From: an uncultured Eubacteriales bacterium
GTDB lineage: Bacteria > Bacillota > Clostridia > Oscillospirales > CAG-272
DNA length: 64,000 nt
Assembly (NCBI GenBank): GCA_949451655.1
Contig: CASTST010000002.1
Location: 2,201-66,200 of the forward strand
Reading direction: 5' to 3'
The notes under the pieces are model-generated. The model was given only the letters and a program-made list of their open reading frames with translations, had not been told where the DNA came from and made no database searches. A program made the position numbers and the translations under genes. Position 1 is the stretch's first letter. Every line of letters starts with the position of its first letter. This document shows positions 48,935 through 60,801 of this stretch, in pieces.

Positions 48935-49240
48935 AAGTCTCCCATGTAAGGAGCCGCTATGCGGATCCTAGTGGAACTTGTCGCGCACGCACCTAACTCC
49001 CTAAGGCTCCCTTGTGCAAAGGGAGCTGGCTCCGCACAGCGGAGACTGAGGGATTGTCTATGCTATCATTTCAGATACCCTGAAAATTGGTAGTTTTTCA
49101 ATCCCTCCGTCACACCTACGGTGTGCCACCTCCCTTTACACAAGGGAGGCTATAAAGTAGGACGAGGTTTGCAGCGTGTCGCTTCCCTTTGCACAAGGGA
49201 GCCTAAAAAAGGTTTGCTCCAGCACAAGGGAGCCTTATAC
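48935..49240. repeat. Mosaic palindromic intergenic repeat cluster G
   Basis: TIR core 49048..49107 (orientation F, more diverged). Hairpins CTCCGCACAGCGGAG, GGCTCCCTTGTGCAAAGGGAGC and CCTCCCTTTACACAAGGGAGG. Confidence 0.85.
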
Positions 49241-49269
49241 TGTTCCAAGGTTAGGGAAAGGATGTACCC

Positions 49270-50397
49270 GTGCCGTATACAGCCGCGCAGGTTATGGAGT
49301 TTACAGAGCAGGAAGACGTGAAGTTTGTCCGTCTTGCTTTTTTTGATGTCTTGGGACATCCGAAAGCAGTCTCTATTGCACCTTGTCAGTTGTATCGCGC
49401 CTTTACCCGGGGGATCCCTTTCGACCCTTTCGACATAAACGGATACAGCAGCACAGGCACTATGCTGCGTTTGTTTCCGATCCCGGATACATGCACGCTT
49501 TTTCCTCCGGATCAGAGCCCTGAAACAACAGTCCGCATGTATTGCAGCGTCCGCCATCCGGACGGTACACCGTTTCAGGGAGACAGCAGGGAAATTCTAT
49601 ACAGGGCAGATCAGGCAGCCGCGAAAATGGGGCTGTCTCTCCGTTTCAGCTGGGAATACACATTTTATCTTTTCACTGCCGATTCGGAAGGGAATCCGAC
49701 AAGAATTCCCCACGACCGGGCAGGATATCTGGACACGGCTCCCTTAGACAAAGGAGAACAGATTCGCAAAGAAATCTGTCTGGCGCTGGAGCAAATGCAT
49801 GTTTACACATGTCTGTCCCAGCATTACCGGGGCCCCGGACAGCATTTGATCCGCAGCTGCAGCGGCAATGCGCTGGAAACAGCAGACAATGCTGCGTCTT
49901 TCTGCATGATAGTACATACTGCCGCGCACCGGCACGGACTGCACGCGTCTTTTGCGCCCAACCCCTTGCCAAACGCGATAGGAAACGGGCTGCACATTCG
50001 CATATCCGGTGCGCAGCACACAGATTCTTTTTTTGCGGGAATTCAAACCCACCTGCGGGATATGACCGTTTTCACAAACCCAACCTATCAATCCTACGAA
50101 CGACTGCACACATTAAAAACGGAAAACCGGACTTCTCCTGTATACATATCAGATGAAGAATCCGACCAGATTCTATTGACAGCTGCGGATCCTGCCGCAA
50201 ACCCCTATATTCTGCTTGCACTGCTGATTTATGCAGGATTGGACGGCATTCTATGCGGGCTTTCTCCGGCAAAGAACTATGGATTTGGAAAGCTTCCCCA
50301 CACAAGGCAGGAAGCATCCCGGTTTGCCGGGATCAGCGATTTTATCGGCGCGGTACTGCCCCGGCAGGTAATTGATGCTTATTTGCATGAACAGTAA
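49270..50397 (+). CDS. Glutamine synthetase family protein (short, GlnA-like)
   Basis: 375 aa. The N-terminal beta-grasp-like VKFVRLAFFDVLGHPKAVSI and later blocks resemble the GS catalytic domain, but it is shorter than canonical GSI. GTG start. Confidence 0.6.
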   Translation: MPYTAAQVMEFTEQEDVKFVRLAFFDVLGHPKAVSIAPCQLYRAFTRGIPFDPFDINGYSSTGTMLRLFPIPDTCTLFPPDQSPETTVRMYCSVRHPDGTPFQGDSREILYRADQAAAKMGLSLRFSWEYTFYLFTADSEGNPTRIPHDRAGYLDTAPLDKGEQIRKEICLALEQMHVYTCLSQHYRGPGQHLIRSCSGNALETADNAASFCMIVHTAAHRHGLHASFAPNPLPNAIGNGLHIRISGAQHTDSFFAGIQTHLRDMTVFTNPTYQSYERLHTLKTENRTSPVYISDEESDQILLTAADPAANPYILLALLIYAGLDGILCGLSPAKNYGFGKLPHTRQEASRFAGISDFIGAVLPRQVIDAYLHEQ

Positions 50398-50435
50398 ATA
50401 GACGCGAGGTATTTCGCGTTTGTAATATAGTATAA

Positions 50436-52073
<1,638 letters not shown>

Positions 52074-52081
52074 AAAATGGA

Positions 52082-52110
52082 AAAGGACGCTTTACAAAAG
52101 CGTCCTTTTT
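52082..52110 (+). terminator. pyrG intrinsic terminator
   Basis: AAAGGACGC-TTTACAAAA-GCGTCCTTT followed by TT. Confidence 0.75.
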
Positions 52111-52149
52111 ACATTGTGGGGGAAAGATCCGTTGCACACGCGCAGCTTC

Positions 52150-52500
52150 ACTCAAACGAAAAGGCTCTCTTGTGCGGGGATTCGGTTTCGAATCCCTGGG
52201 GCATCCTGCGGAGCAAGCACCCACATTAAAAGGCCCCCTTGTGTGGGGATTCGGTTTCGAATCCCTGGGGCATCCCGCGAAGCGGGTGGGGGATTGTCCC
52301 TGCTATCATTTTGGATTATCTTCAAATCGGTAACCTATGCAGACAATCCCTCAGTCTCCGCTATGCGGAGCCAGCTCCCTTTGCACAAGGGAGCCTTTTT
52401 TGTTTGTGCTACGTGGGAACTCCCTTGGAACTGCGCAGCAGATCCTCACATGGGGTCTTTTGTAGTTAGTGCTGCACGACAGCTCCTTCGGATCCGCACG
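52150..52500. repeat. Mosaic palindromic intergenic repeat cluster H
   Basis: Two copies of GGGGATTCGGTTTCGAATCCCTGGGGCATCC(T/C)GCG. TIR core 52288..52352 (orientation F). Hairpins CTCCGCTATGCGGAG and GCTCCCTTTGCACAAGGGAGC. Confidence 0.9.
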
Positions 52501-52540
52501 GCACTTCCATAAAAGATTTTTTTGAAATTTGCCCATCTCC

Positions 52541-52594
52541 CCAAAAAATGGAAATCCCCGCAAACTTGTGCGTACATGCACCGCGTTTACGGGG
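52541..52594 (-). terminator. Candidate minus-strand intrinsic terminator about 240 nt downstream of the DUF1292 gene
   Basis: Minus strand: CCCCGTAAAC..GTTTGCGGGG long hairpin (plus-strand coordinates 52556-52594) followed by ATTTCCATTTTTT. Confidence 0.5.
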
Positions 52595-52828
52595 AAATAT
52601 TCCATTGTATGACCCACTGTGCCGTGTAAAGTCATAATTAAGAAACCCTGCTAAAGCAAGGTGGTGCCCTATATCCGCACTTCGTGCTTCCAACGTCCGG
52701 GTCCGCCTGTCGCAAAGGAGAGGCGGGCGGGAGGCCTGCATTCCCGTTTGGGGTCGAGCTCCATTAATCAACTGTGGGTTTAATTAAAAACCTTATCACT
52801 AACACCGCAGGCTGAATAAATTCTTTAC

Positions 52829-53137
52829 TTATTCAGCATCGTCCTCGTCTGCGCCTTCATCATAGTCGATATCCGCAAACTCGTCGTCGAAAATATCCGC
52901 GATCCGGTCAAATTCCTCGTCATCCTCGATGGATACAAGAACATCTTCACCGTCCTCATCTTTTTCACCGCGCAGGACAATATATTCCTCAGCCTCTTTA
53001 TCGTCATCAGTGCAGGGAATGAGAGCATAATAGGTGACGTCGTCCACTTCTACCGTTCCGATCAGCTCGTAATCGTCCTCGTTGCCTTCTTCATCGGTGA
53101 GCGTGAAAACATCGCTCTCGAAAAGTTCGTCTGCCAT
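52829..53137 (-). CDS. DUF1292 family protein
   Basis: 102 aa from ATG 53137 (RBS AAGGAG). Acidic. FTLTDEEGNEDDYELIGTVEVDDVTYYALIP..EEYIVLR..DVLVSIEDDEEFDRIADIF is typical of DUF1292. Confidence 0.75.
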   Translation of the reverse strand: MADELFESDVFTLTDEEGNEDDYELIGTVEVDDVTYYALIPCTDDDKEAEEYIVLRGEKDEDGEDVLVSIEDDEEFDRIADIFDDEFADIDYDEGADEDDAE

Positions 53138-53281
53138 GTTTAATCTCCTTTGTTGATAGAGTTTACTTGCTACTACTATTCTATACATTTCAGCGGGTTT
53201 TGTCAAGCATAAAATACTGCCTGTTTCCGACATCATAGGAAAACTGTGGGTATTTTTAGAAAAATTAGAACCAAAAATCCC

Positions 53282-55255
53282 TTACTTTCCTGCCTTGGTG
53301 GTTTCCAGAGAACGGATTCTGTCCCGCAGATATGCAGCTTCTTCAAAGCGCAATTCCTTGGACGCTTTCTGCATTTCTTCACGCAGGCGCTGGATTTCCT
53401 GGTCCATTTCCTGCCTTGTGAGATGTTTTTTCTTTCCTTTTTTCGGCGCGTCATCCGCCGCGCTAATTTTAATCAGTTCGCCGATTTCCTTTTTAATGGT
53501 TGTGGGCGTGATGCCGTGCTCCTCATTATACTGCTGCTGAATTTTCCGGCGGCGCTCTGTCTCGCTCATAGCGCGCTGCATAGATCCGGTGATTTTATCC
53601 GCATATAGAATAACCTTACCGCCGGCGTTCCGGGCAGCCCGTCCGATGATCTGAATGAGGGAGGACTCGCTGCGCAAAAAGCCTTCTTTATCTGCGTCCA
53701 GCACTGCCACTAGCGTAACCTCGGGCAGGTCAATGCCCTCCCGCAGCAGATTGATGCCCACCAGCACATCAAACACACCCATACGCAAATCCCGCAGCAG
53801 CTCGCTGCGCTCCATTGTATCCACGTTGTGGTGGATGTACTTTACGCGGATTTCCTGGGCGTCCAAATATTCTGTAAGATCCTCCGCCATTTTTTTGGTG
53901 AGGGTGGTAACCAGCACCCGTTCCCCTTTTTCCACCCGCAGACGGATTTCTCCCAGCACATCGTCTACCTGGGTCGCTACGGGACGCACCTCTACCTGGG
54001 GATCCAACAATCCCGTGGGACGGATAATCTGCTCCACAATCGCCTCGGCACGGTTTCGTTCATATTCCGCCGGAGTAGCGGAAACCATGACAACCTGATT
54101 CAATTTGCTTTCAAATTCTGTGAAATTGAGGGGACGGTTATCATACGCAGAAGGTAGGCGGAAGCCGTAATCCACCAGATTGGTTTTCCGGGCGTGATCT
54201 CCGCCGAACATGCCCCGCACCTGGGGAATCATAACGTGGGACTCATCAATAAACATTAGAAAGTCCTTCGGGAAATAATCCAGAAGAGTATAGGGCACCG
54301 CGCCAGGCTCCCGTCCTGCAAGAACGCGGGAATAGTTTTCGATACCGGAGCAGGAACCGATTTCCCGGAGCATTTCCATATCGTATCGGGTGCGCTCTTC
54401 AATCCGCTGGGCTTCCAACAGCTTGCCTGCCTTTTCAAAATAGGCAACCCGCTCTTCCAGTTCCTTTTCGATTTGCCCCAGCGCCTGTTCCATTTTGCTG
54501 TGATCCACCACATAGTGGTTTGCGGGATATACGGCAGCGTAGCTCAAGGTTTGCAAAATCTTGCCGGTCAGAGGATCAAATTCGGATACCCGATCAATCT
54601 CATCACCGAAAAATTCCACCCGAATGGCTTTATCCGTTGCGTTGGAGGGGAACACCTCTAACGTATCCCCCCGCATGCGGAAGGTATTGCGGACAAAGCT
54701 CATATCGTTCCGGTTATAGCTTACATCAATCAGTCGACGTGCAAGATCGTCCCGTTCCATACGCATACCGGGGCGCAGCGCCATTACCTGGGCGCTGTAT
54801 TCCTCCGGGGGACCAAGAGAGTAGATGCAGGACACACTTGCCACGATAATTACATCCCGCCGTTCAAAGAGGGCGCTGGTGGCGCTGTGGCGAAGCTTGT
54901 CAATTTCATCATTGATAGAGGAATCCTTCTCGATATACATATCTTTCCCGGGGATATAGGCTTCCGGCTGATAGTAGTCGTAGTAGGAGACGAAGTACTC
55001 GACGGCGTTATGGGGAAAGAATTCCCGAAACTCGCTGCAAAGCTGAGCGGCAAGGGTTTTATTATGGGCAAGAACCAGTGTGGGACGGTTCATACGGGCG
55101 ATCACATTCGCCATAGTAAAGGTTTTTCCGGAGCCGGTAACACCCATGAGAACCTGATTGCGCATCCCGCTTTCCAGTCCCTGCACCAATGCATCAATCG
55201 CCTGGGGCTGGTCGCCGGTAGGTTTATATTTGGATACAAGTTCAAAATGATCCAT
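53282..55255 (-). CDS. uvrB: Excinuclease ABC subunit B
   Basis: [35 protein letters not shown], the helicase C-terminal domain and the C-terminal UVR motif ([10 protein letters not shown]). ATG 55255 has RBS AAGGAGG. Confidence 0.95.
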   Translation of the reverse strand: MDHFELVSKYKPTGDQPQAIDALVQGLESGMRNQVLMGVTGSGKTFTMANVIARMNRPTLVLAHNKTLAAQLCSEFREFFPHNAVEYFVSYYDYYQPEAYIPGKDMYIEKDSSINDEIDKLRHSATSALFERRDVIIVASVSCIYSLGPPEEYSAQVMALRPGMRMERDDLARRLIDVSYNRNDMSFVRNTFRMRGDTLEVFPSNATDKAIRVEFFGDEIDRVSEFDPLTGKILQTLSYAAVYPANHYVVDHSKMEQALGQIEKELEERVAYFEKAGKLLEAQRIEERTRYDMEMLREIGSCSGIENYSRVLAGREPGAVPYTLLDYFPKDFLMFIDESHVMIPQVRGMFGGDHARKTNLVDYGFRLPSAYDNRPLNFTEFESKLNQVVMVSATPAEYERNRAEAIVEQIIRPTGLLDPQVEVRPVATQVDDVLGEIRLRVEKGERVLVTTLTKKMAEDLTEYLDAQEIRVKYIHHNVDTMERSELLRDLRMGVFDVLVGINLLREGIDLPEVTLVAVLDADKEGFLRSESSLIQIIGRAARNAGGKVILYADKITGSMQRAMSETERRRKIQQQYNEEHGITPTTIKKEIGELIKISAADDAPKKGKKKHLTRQEMDQEIQRLREEMQKASKELRFEEAAYLRDRIRSLETTKAGK

Positions 55256-55364
55256 AACAGCCGCCTCCTTTGCATGTATCGTTTCTTTTATCATTTTCTA
55301 ACTTTGGATATAGTATACCATGGGATTTTATAAAATGAAAGAGGATTTTTATAAGTTAAGCCAA

Positions 55365-55820
55365 AAGGAAAAGCCTTCCTTGTGAGAGACTCCGACAAAC
55401 ACCCCCTTGTACTGGAGTTTGCGTAGCACAAACATAAAAAGGCTCCCCCCAACTGGAGCTGCACAACACAAACATAAAAAGCCCCCTTGTGCAAAGGGGG
55501 GCGCGGCCAAGCGCAGCGATCGTGTCGGAGGGATTGTTTGCATAGACTTCCGATTTGAAGATTAGCTAAAATAATAGCATAGACAATCCCTCACCCGCTA
55601 CGCGGGAGCTCCCTTTGCACAAGGGAGCCTTTTATCGTGGGTACTACGCGGGAGCCCCCTTTGCACATGGGGGCCTTTTATCGTGGGTACTACGCGGAAG
55701 CCCCCTTTGCACATGGGGTCTTTTATCGTGGGTACTACGCGGAAGCCCCCTTTGCACATGGGGTCTTTTTCGTTGGGACCACGCGGGATGCCGCGGGGAT
55801 TCGAAAACGAATCCCCACTT
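55365..55820. repeat. Mosaic palindromic intergenic repeat cluster I (with 45-bp tandem array)
   Basis: TIR core 55528..55592 (orientation R). Four tandem 45-46-bp units at 55611..55791 (CCCCTTTGCACATGGGG.CTTTTATCGTGGGTACTACGCGGAAGC). Terminal GGGGATTCGAAAACGAATCCCC hairpin. Confidence 0.9.
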
Positions 55821-55828
55821 TGTCTGTG

Positions 55829-57253
55829 TTACTTCAACATAGATATCGCATCGGAAATCGTTTTTTCAAAGGCTTCTCTGCCGTATTTATCCACTTCCGC
55901 CTTGTTTTTATCTCCGTGCGTTAGGCAGCCGGCGCCGCCAATACAGCCGCCGGAACACGCCATACCTTCAATAAAGTTCGCATCCAGCACGTTTTTGCTT
56001 TTCTTGAGAAGTGCTGTGCGGCAGGCTTCAATTCCGTCACAGGGGAGCGCTTTCAACTGGAAGTCCTCGATTCCGTGTTCCTTCAGTCCCTGCGCCACTG
56101 CATCGGACAGTCCACCGCTTCTGGCAAAGATTCTGCCGAAATAGGATGCATTATCCAGCACGTCTTCTTCCAGCTCGGTAATTTCCAAATCCTTACTGTC
56201 AAACAGTGCCTGCAATTCCTCAAAGGTCATTGCCACATCCACATACGGACGCACAGACTCCTTCTGCACTTCCGCTTTTTTCGCCGTACAGGGACCGATA
56301 AATACAACCTTGCAGGGTGCCTCATGCTCCTTGATATATTTCGCAATCGTTGCCATGGGGGACAGGTTGTGGGACACAAATTCCAAAAGATCCGGGAAAA
56401 ATTTGCCGATATAATCCACAAACGCGGGGCAGCAGGAACTTGTGAGAAATCCCTTTTCCGCAAGTTCTTTGGATTCAGCATGCGCCACCATATCTGCGCC
56501 AAGCGCCGCTTCCACTACCGTGTGGAAGCCCAGTTCTTTCAATCCGGATATAACCTGCCCCAGCTTTGCATATCGGAACTGACTGGATATGGAGGGAGCA
56601 ATGACTGCAAACACCTTATACTTCTGATTGTTTTCGCTTTTCTTTAAAATGTCGATTACATCCAGAATATAGGACTTATCCATTATTGCGCCGAAGGGAC
56701 ACTGATATACACATGCGCCGCAGGCGATACACTTGTCATTATTGATTGCGGCAGCTTTATTTTCGTTCATATAAATTGCTTTGATTTTGCAGGCGTTTTC
56801 GCAGGGGCGTTTCCGGTTGACAATGGCAGTGTAAGGACACACCTTTGCGCACGCGCCACAGTCCACGCATTTGGACTTGTCAATATGCGCCACGTGATCG
56901 TGGTCAAAAGAAATGGCACCTCTGGGACAAACGTCCTCACACCGGTGAGCAAGGCAGCCCCGGCAGGAATTTGTGACCTCATATCCGCCCATGGGGCATT
57001 CGTCGCAGGCGGTTTCGATGACCTCGATTACGTTGGGGTTTTCCTTATCCCCGCCCATAGCAAGTTTGACCCGGTCTCCCAGAATTGCCCGTTCTTTATA
57101 TACGCAGCACCGCATGGTGGACGTTTTGCCGGGAACGATTTTCTTCGGGATTTCCATGATATTATCCAGAAGGGTATCGTTCCAGGCTTGCTTTGCCACT
57201 TCCCGCAGAACTTTATATTTCAGATGCTGTACTTTTGTATCAAATTTTCTCAT
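55829..57253 (-). CDS. [FeFe]-hydrogenase (ferredoxin-domain + H-cluster domain)
   Basis: 474 aa. Two 4Fe-4S CxxCxxCxxxCP motifs. H-cluster signatures TSSCCPAF (L1), GPCTAKKAE (L2) and EGMACSGGCIGGAG (L3). Confidence 0.85.
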   Translation of the reverse strand: MRKFDTKVQHLKYKVLREVAKQAWNDTLLDNIMEIPKKIVPGKTSTMRCCVYKERAILGDRVKLAMGGDKENPNVIEVIETACDECPMGGYEVTNSCRGCLAHRCEDVCPRGAISFDHDHVAHIDKSKCVDCGACAKVCPYTAIVNRKRPCENACKIKAIYMNENKAAAINNDKCIACGACVYQCPFGAIMDKSYILDVIDILKKSENNQKYKVFAVIAPSISSQFRYAKLGQVISGLKELGFHTVVEAALGADMVAHAESKELAEKGFLTSSCCPAFVDYIGKFFPDLLEFVSHNLSPMATIAKYIKEHEAPCKVVFIGPCTAKKAEVQKESVRPYVDVAMTFEELQALFDSKDLEITELEEDVLDNASYFGRIFARSGGLSDAVAQGLKEHGIEDFQLKALPCDGIEACRTALLKKSKNVLDANFIEGMACSGGCIGGAGCLTHGDKNKAEVDKYGREAFEKTISDAISMLK

Positions 57254-57324
57254 AAAAATCCTCGATTATGACCGCTCCTGCGGTTATTGACAATAAAATG
57301 GATTCGGTTTACACTTACCTGATA

Positions 57325-57622
57325 GCCTCCCCCAGCAAAAGGGAGGGGTAGCTGGAAGCTCCGCCCCTCTTTTTAGCCTCCCTTGTGCAAAGGGAGGTGT
57401 CACAGCTTTGCTGTGGCGGAGGGATTGTAAAACTACCGATTTACAGATTATCTAAAATGATAGCAAGGACACAATCCCCCACCCGCTTCGCGACAGCCCC
57501 CTTGGAGCCACGCAGTGGATCCTCACATGGGGGCCTAACACAAGACTTGAGCCTCCCCTGTGCAAGGGGAGGTGCCGGCAAAGCGTAGCGATGGCGGCGG
57601 AGGGGTTGTTCGTCTATACATT
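57325..57622. repeat. Mosaic palindromic intergenic repeat cluster J
   Basis: TIR core 57419..57479 (orientation R) preceded by GTCACAGCTTTGCTGTGGC. GCCACGCAGTGGATCCTCACATGGGGG submodule. Degenerate half-core GGAGGGGTTGT at about 57598. Confidence 0.85.
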
Positions 57623-57634
57623 TACGCTACCTTT

Positions 57635-58807
57635 TTAAAAATAGCTTACTTTGATTCGCTTGCCCATTTTCTTCAGGCACGCAGTCAATTCCTCCACCAG
57701 ATTCATCTTTATGTTGAAGTTGATAGGCAAATCCGGATTCTGGTGTGCCGGGTTGACCGCCCTGCCTACGTAAAAGTTGATATCCGTTGCTTCTTCAAAC
57801 AGCAGACGACAGATCAGGGATGCGCCGTCCCGTTTGGTGCTCCACTGCTCGTACAGTTCGTTTTTATCCAACGCATCCCGGGCATACTCAATCACCTTAT
57901 TGATTGTGATCACGCCCTCTGTTACCAAGTCAATTCCTTCTACCTCCGCAATGGGTGGCACGTCGCTGTGGTCGAAGGTGAGACTTGCTTTTACAGGCTT
58001 GCCCAGATACTGGGCGGCAATCGATGAAGTAGTGCCGCCGCAGACGATATGCTTGCCTTCCTTAGAGAAAAACAGAGACATCATCCGGTTGCAGTCATCC
58101 CGGTTTCGGGGGGGGCCGAACAGGATGTTCATGGGCGCGCGTTTGCGTATATGAATCACGCAGGCTGTCGCATCATCCCCCGGCTCATAGCCGTACTGCT
58201 TGTTGCATTCATCCACAAGCATGGTGGAAAGGGTTTTGGCTGTATATCCCACATGGGCGAACGTCTCCATAAAATCAATGATATTTTCCCGTTTCCAGCC
58301 AAAATTATATGCCAGTCCGATACCCGCGTGGGGGCATCCGTCGCTCATGGCAACAAAAATATCGTTTTCCTGCAGTTTGATTACGGATTTATAAATCTTT
58401 TTGCCGCCGATATTCAGCTCACTTTTCGGATAATCCCAGTTCTGACAATCCCGCAGTACAATTACCTGTGGGTTGTCATACTGGATCAGCTCCGCCGTAT
58501 GATTTTCAATCAGGTGGATAATTGTGAAGGTGGAATATGCCACACCCCGTTCGCTGCAAATGGGAAGGGTTGCCGCAATGGTGGACACACATTCCTCCAG
58601 GGGCAGATCCGCAGCCATCATGGTAGAAATGATTTTGGAGGTGAGGGTGGAAAGGATACTTGCCTTCACTCCACTTCCCAAACCGTCCGCAAGGACGATT
58701 ACCGTGGAATTTTCCCCCTGCTCCACAATATCCACATGGTCGCCGCAAAGCTGCTCTCCCGCATGGTTAATGCTTTTCCATCCGATATCTGCACACAAAT
58801 TATTCAT
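57635..58807 (-). CDS. SpoIIE/PP2C-family serine phosphatase
   Basis: 390 aa. GEQLCGDHVDIV..VIVLADGLGSGVKASILS.. and DDATACVIHI PP2C-type metal-binding Asp motifs. The start overlaps the HydS-like stop. Confidence 0.8.
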   Translation of the reverse strand: MNNLCADIGWKSINHAGEQLCGDHVDIVEQGENSTVIVLADGLGSGVKASILSTLTSKIISTMMAADLPLEECVSTIAATLPICSERGVAYSTFTIIHLIENHTAELIQYDNPQVIVLRDCQNWDYPKSELNIGGKKIYKSVIKLQENDIFVAMSDGCPHAGIGLAYNFGWKRENIIDFMETFAHVGYTAKTLSTMLVDECNKQYGYEPGDDATACVIHIRKRAPMNILFGPPRNRDDCNRMMSLFFSKEGKHIVCGGTTSSIAAQYLGKPVKASLTFDHSDVPPIAEVEGIDLVTEGVITINKVIEYARDALDKNELYEQWSTKRDGASLICRLLFEEATDINFYVGRAVNPAHQNPDLPINFNIKMNLVEELTACLKKMGKRIKVSYF

Positions 58808-60473
58808 CGCTGATGGACTCCTTTAATTTGGAAAGGGCGATTTTCGTCTCGGCTGCCGTCTCTCCCAGGAGAGACGCAATTTCCTGTACGATACGCATTT
58901 GCTTATCTACCACCCGGTCGGCAATTTCCACTGTCTGACGGCTGATGCTTTCCTTCTGCTCCCGCACAGTTTCTTCTTCGGTCACATCCCGCATGATGCA
59001 GACAAGGAGACGGTACTCCTGGTCGTACACAATGGTTTCTTCCACGTATTTTTCATACTCTGCAAGGTAGATCCGTTTGTCGCGGATGTTTCTGCCGCTG
59101 TGCAACACTTCCACAAAATCTTTGGGATCCAGAATCCGGATCACCCCTTCGCCCAATACGTCCGCCGGGGAACGGAGATTCATGATTTTCAGGGCAACCT
59201 TATTGATCTGCTGCACCTCTAATTTTTCGTTAAGCACGATAATACCGTTGGGCGTGTTGCGGACAATATTGTCGGAGAAGGTTTCCGCTTTATCCTTCAG
59301 ATAAGGCAGACACATGGACGCCTCCGCCTTGCCCTGATAAATGGCGACAGCTTTTTCCCGGCAAGTGTTGTATCCGCAGGATCCGCAGTTCAGCTCATCC
59401 GCAGGGGTGCGCTTACCCATCTGCCGGAGAATATCGGTAATTTCGCTTTCCGTGGGCATTTGTGTTTTCCGCTCAATGGCAGTAAACATTTTTTGCAGCG
59501 CACCCTCTTCCGGCTGCTCCACCGGGAAATCCTTTTTTCCGGCAAAATTTGATATTGCCATATAATCCTGCACGGGAGAACGGTGGAATTTTTCCATAAC
59601 GGGACCGCCGATACAGCTTCCCACGCAGGCGGACATTTCAATAAAGCAGTTATGTACTTTGCCTTCCGCAATATCCCGCAGGGCGGCGATACAGTTTTCC
59701 ACCCCGTCGATTGCCATATAGGAATATTTGGGATTATCCTGCTTCATGGTTTTGAGAATTCCACCGGTGGTGGGGAAGAACCGGGCTCTGCTGTTTTCGT
59801 CCGCGTCCATTTCCCGGCGCAGTTCGATATGCTCTGCCTGGAACCAACGGGTCAATTCATCAAAAGTGAGCACTGCGTCTACAATGCCTTCATAGTAGGA
59901 GGCTTCATCCTTTTTGGCAACGCAGGGTCCGATAAATACGGTTTTGGCATCCGGGTACCGACGCTTAATATCCTGACAGTGTGCCTGCATAGGAGACATT
60001 ACGTCTGCCAGAAAGGGGAGCTGGGCGGGGAAGTATTTCTGAATCAGGAGGTTAACGGAATGGCAGCAGGAGGAGATGATCACATCCCGTTCTTCCTCGT
60101 TAATCATGTGTTCATAGGCATTCTTTACAATGGTTGCGCCGATGGCGGTTTCTTCCGCGTCGTAGAAGCCCAGCTGTTTCAGGGCATCCCGCATGGCGTC
60201 AATGCCCACACCTTCGTAATTTGCCACAAAGGAGGGTGCAAGGCTGACAATTACCGGATCGCCGCTTTGGAGAAGCACCCGCGCTTTTTCCGTTTCGTCC
60301 ACGATTTGCTTTGCGTCCTGGGGACATACTACAAAGCAGTGTCCGCACAGAATACATTCGTTGCCGATAATATACGCCTGGTTCCCGGAAAAGCGGATGG
60401 ACTTTACCGGGCAGTGGCGGATACATTTATAGCAGTTTTTACAGTTGGATTTTTTTAAGGTCAGGCAGTCCAT
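58800..60473 (-). CDS. Sensory-type [FeFe]-hydrogenase-like protein with C-terminal PAS domain (HydS-like)
   Basis: ATG 60473 (RBS AAAGGA). N-terminal 4Fe-4S motifs (CKNCYKCIRHCP, CILCGHCFVVCP). Variant H-cluster motifs SSCCHSV, GPCVAKKDE and EMSACVGSCIGGPV. An extra Cys cluster CGSCGYNTC. C-terminal PAS-like region (IVLNEKLEVQQINKVALKIM..). Confidence 0.8.
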   Translation of the reverse strand: MDCLTLKKSNCKNCYKCIRHCPVKSIRFSGNQAYIIGNECILCGHCFVVCPQDAKQIVDETEKARVLLQSGDPVIVSLAPSFVANYEGVGIDAMRDALKQLGFYDAEETAIGATIVKNAYEHMINEEERDVIISSCCHSVNLLIQKYFPAQLPFLADVMSPMQAHCQDIKRRYPDAKTVFIGPCVAKKDEASYYEGIVDAVLTFDELTRWFQAEHIELRREMDADENSRARFFPTTGGILKTMKQDNPKYSYMAIDGVENCIAALRDIAEGKVHNCFIEMSACVGSCIGGPVMEKFHRSPVQDYMAISNFAGKKDFPVEQPEEGALQKMFTAIERKTQMPTESEITDILRQMGKRTPADELNCGSCGYNTCREKAVAIYQGKAEASMCLPYLKDKAETFSDNIVRNTPNGIIVLNEKLEVQQINKVALKIMNLRSPADVLGEGVIRILDPKDFVEVLHSGRNIRDKRIYLAEYEKYVEETIVYDQEYRLLVCIMRDVTEEETVREQKESISRQTVEIADRVVDKQMRIVQEIASLLGETAAETKIALSKLKESISDE

Positions 60474-60475
60474 AC

Positions 60476-60736
60476 TTAGTTCCTTTCCGCAGAGAGAGGC
60501 TTCAGCACATGCTCTGCAAAGAATCCCTGAAATTTTTCTTTTGTAAGTCCGGTATAAACGGTATCGTCTATGGTTACGGTAACGCCTTCCCGGTTGCATT
60601 TTCCGGTACAGAAGCTTCCCGCAAGGGTGATGTCCGCATCCAGCCCGTGCTCGGCGACGGCGGCTTCAAACAGCTCCACAATATCCTGGGAGCCTTTCAG
60701 ATAGCAGGCGGAGCCTACGCAGATTTGTATAATCAT
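60476..60736 (-). CDS. Thioredoxin-like [2Fe-2S] ferredoxin domain protein
   Basis: 86 aa. Cys pattern Cx4C...Cx3C (CVGSAC .. CTGKC). Confidence 0.7.
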   Translation of the reverse strand: MIIQICVGSACYLKGSQDIVELFEAAVAEHGLDADITLAGSFCTGKCNREGVTVTIDDTVYTGLTKEKFQGFFAEHVLKPLSAERN

Positions 60737-60801
60737 ATGTATAACTGTTCCTTTCTATGGACAGATTGCCAGGCGTTCCGCTGGAACGCCTGGCAGAATT
60801 C

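Noticed and set aside
52600-52800. SRP RNA or 6S RNA assignment for the structured region downstream of the DUF1292 gene
   Set aside because: A weak resemblance to the SRP Alu-domain 5' sequence (GUGCCGUG.UAAAG) is not backed by the universally conserved domain IV motif. I could not build a convincing 6S-type closing stem by eye. It is left as unassigned in the findings.
55611-55791. CRISPR array interpretation of the repeat clusters
   Set aside because: The units are contiguous or irregularly spaced with no unique spacers of constant length. The repeat modules are heterogeneous and occur on both strands. No cas genes are in the window.
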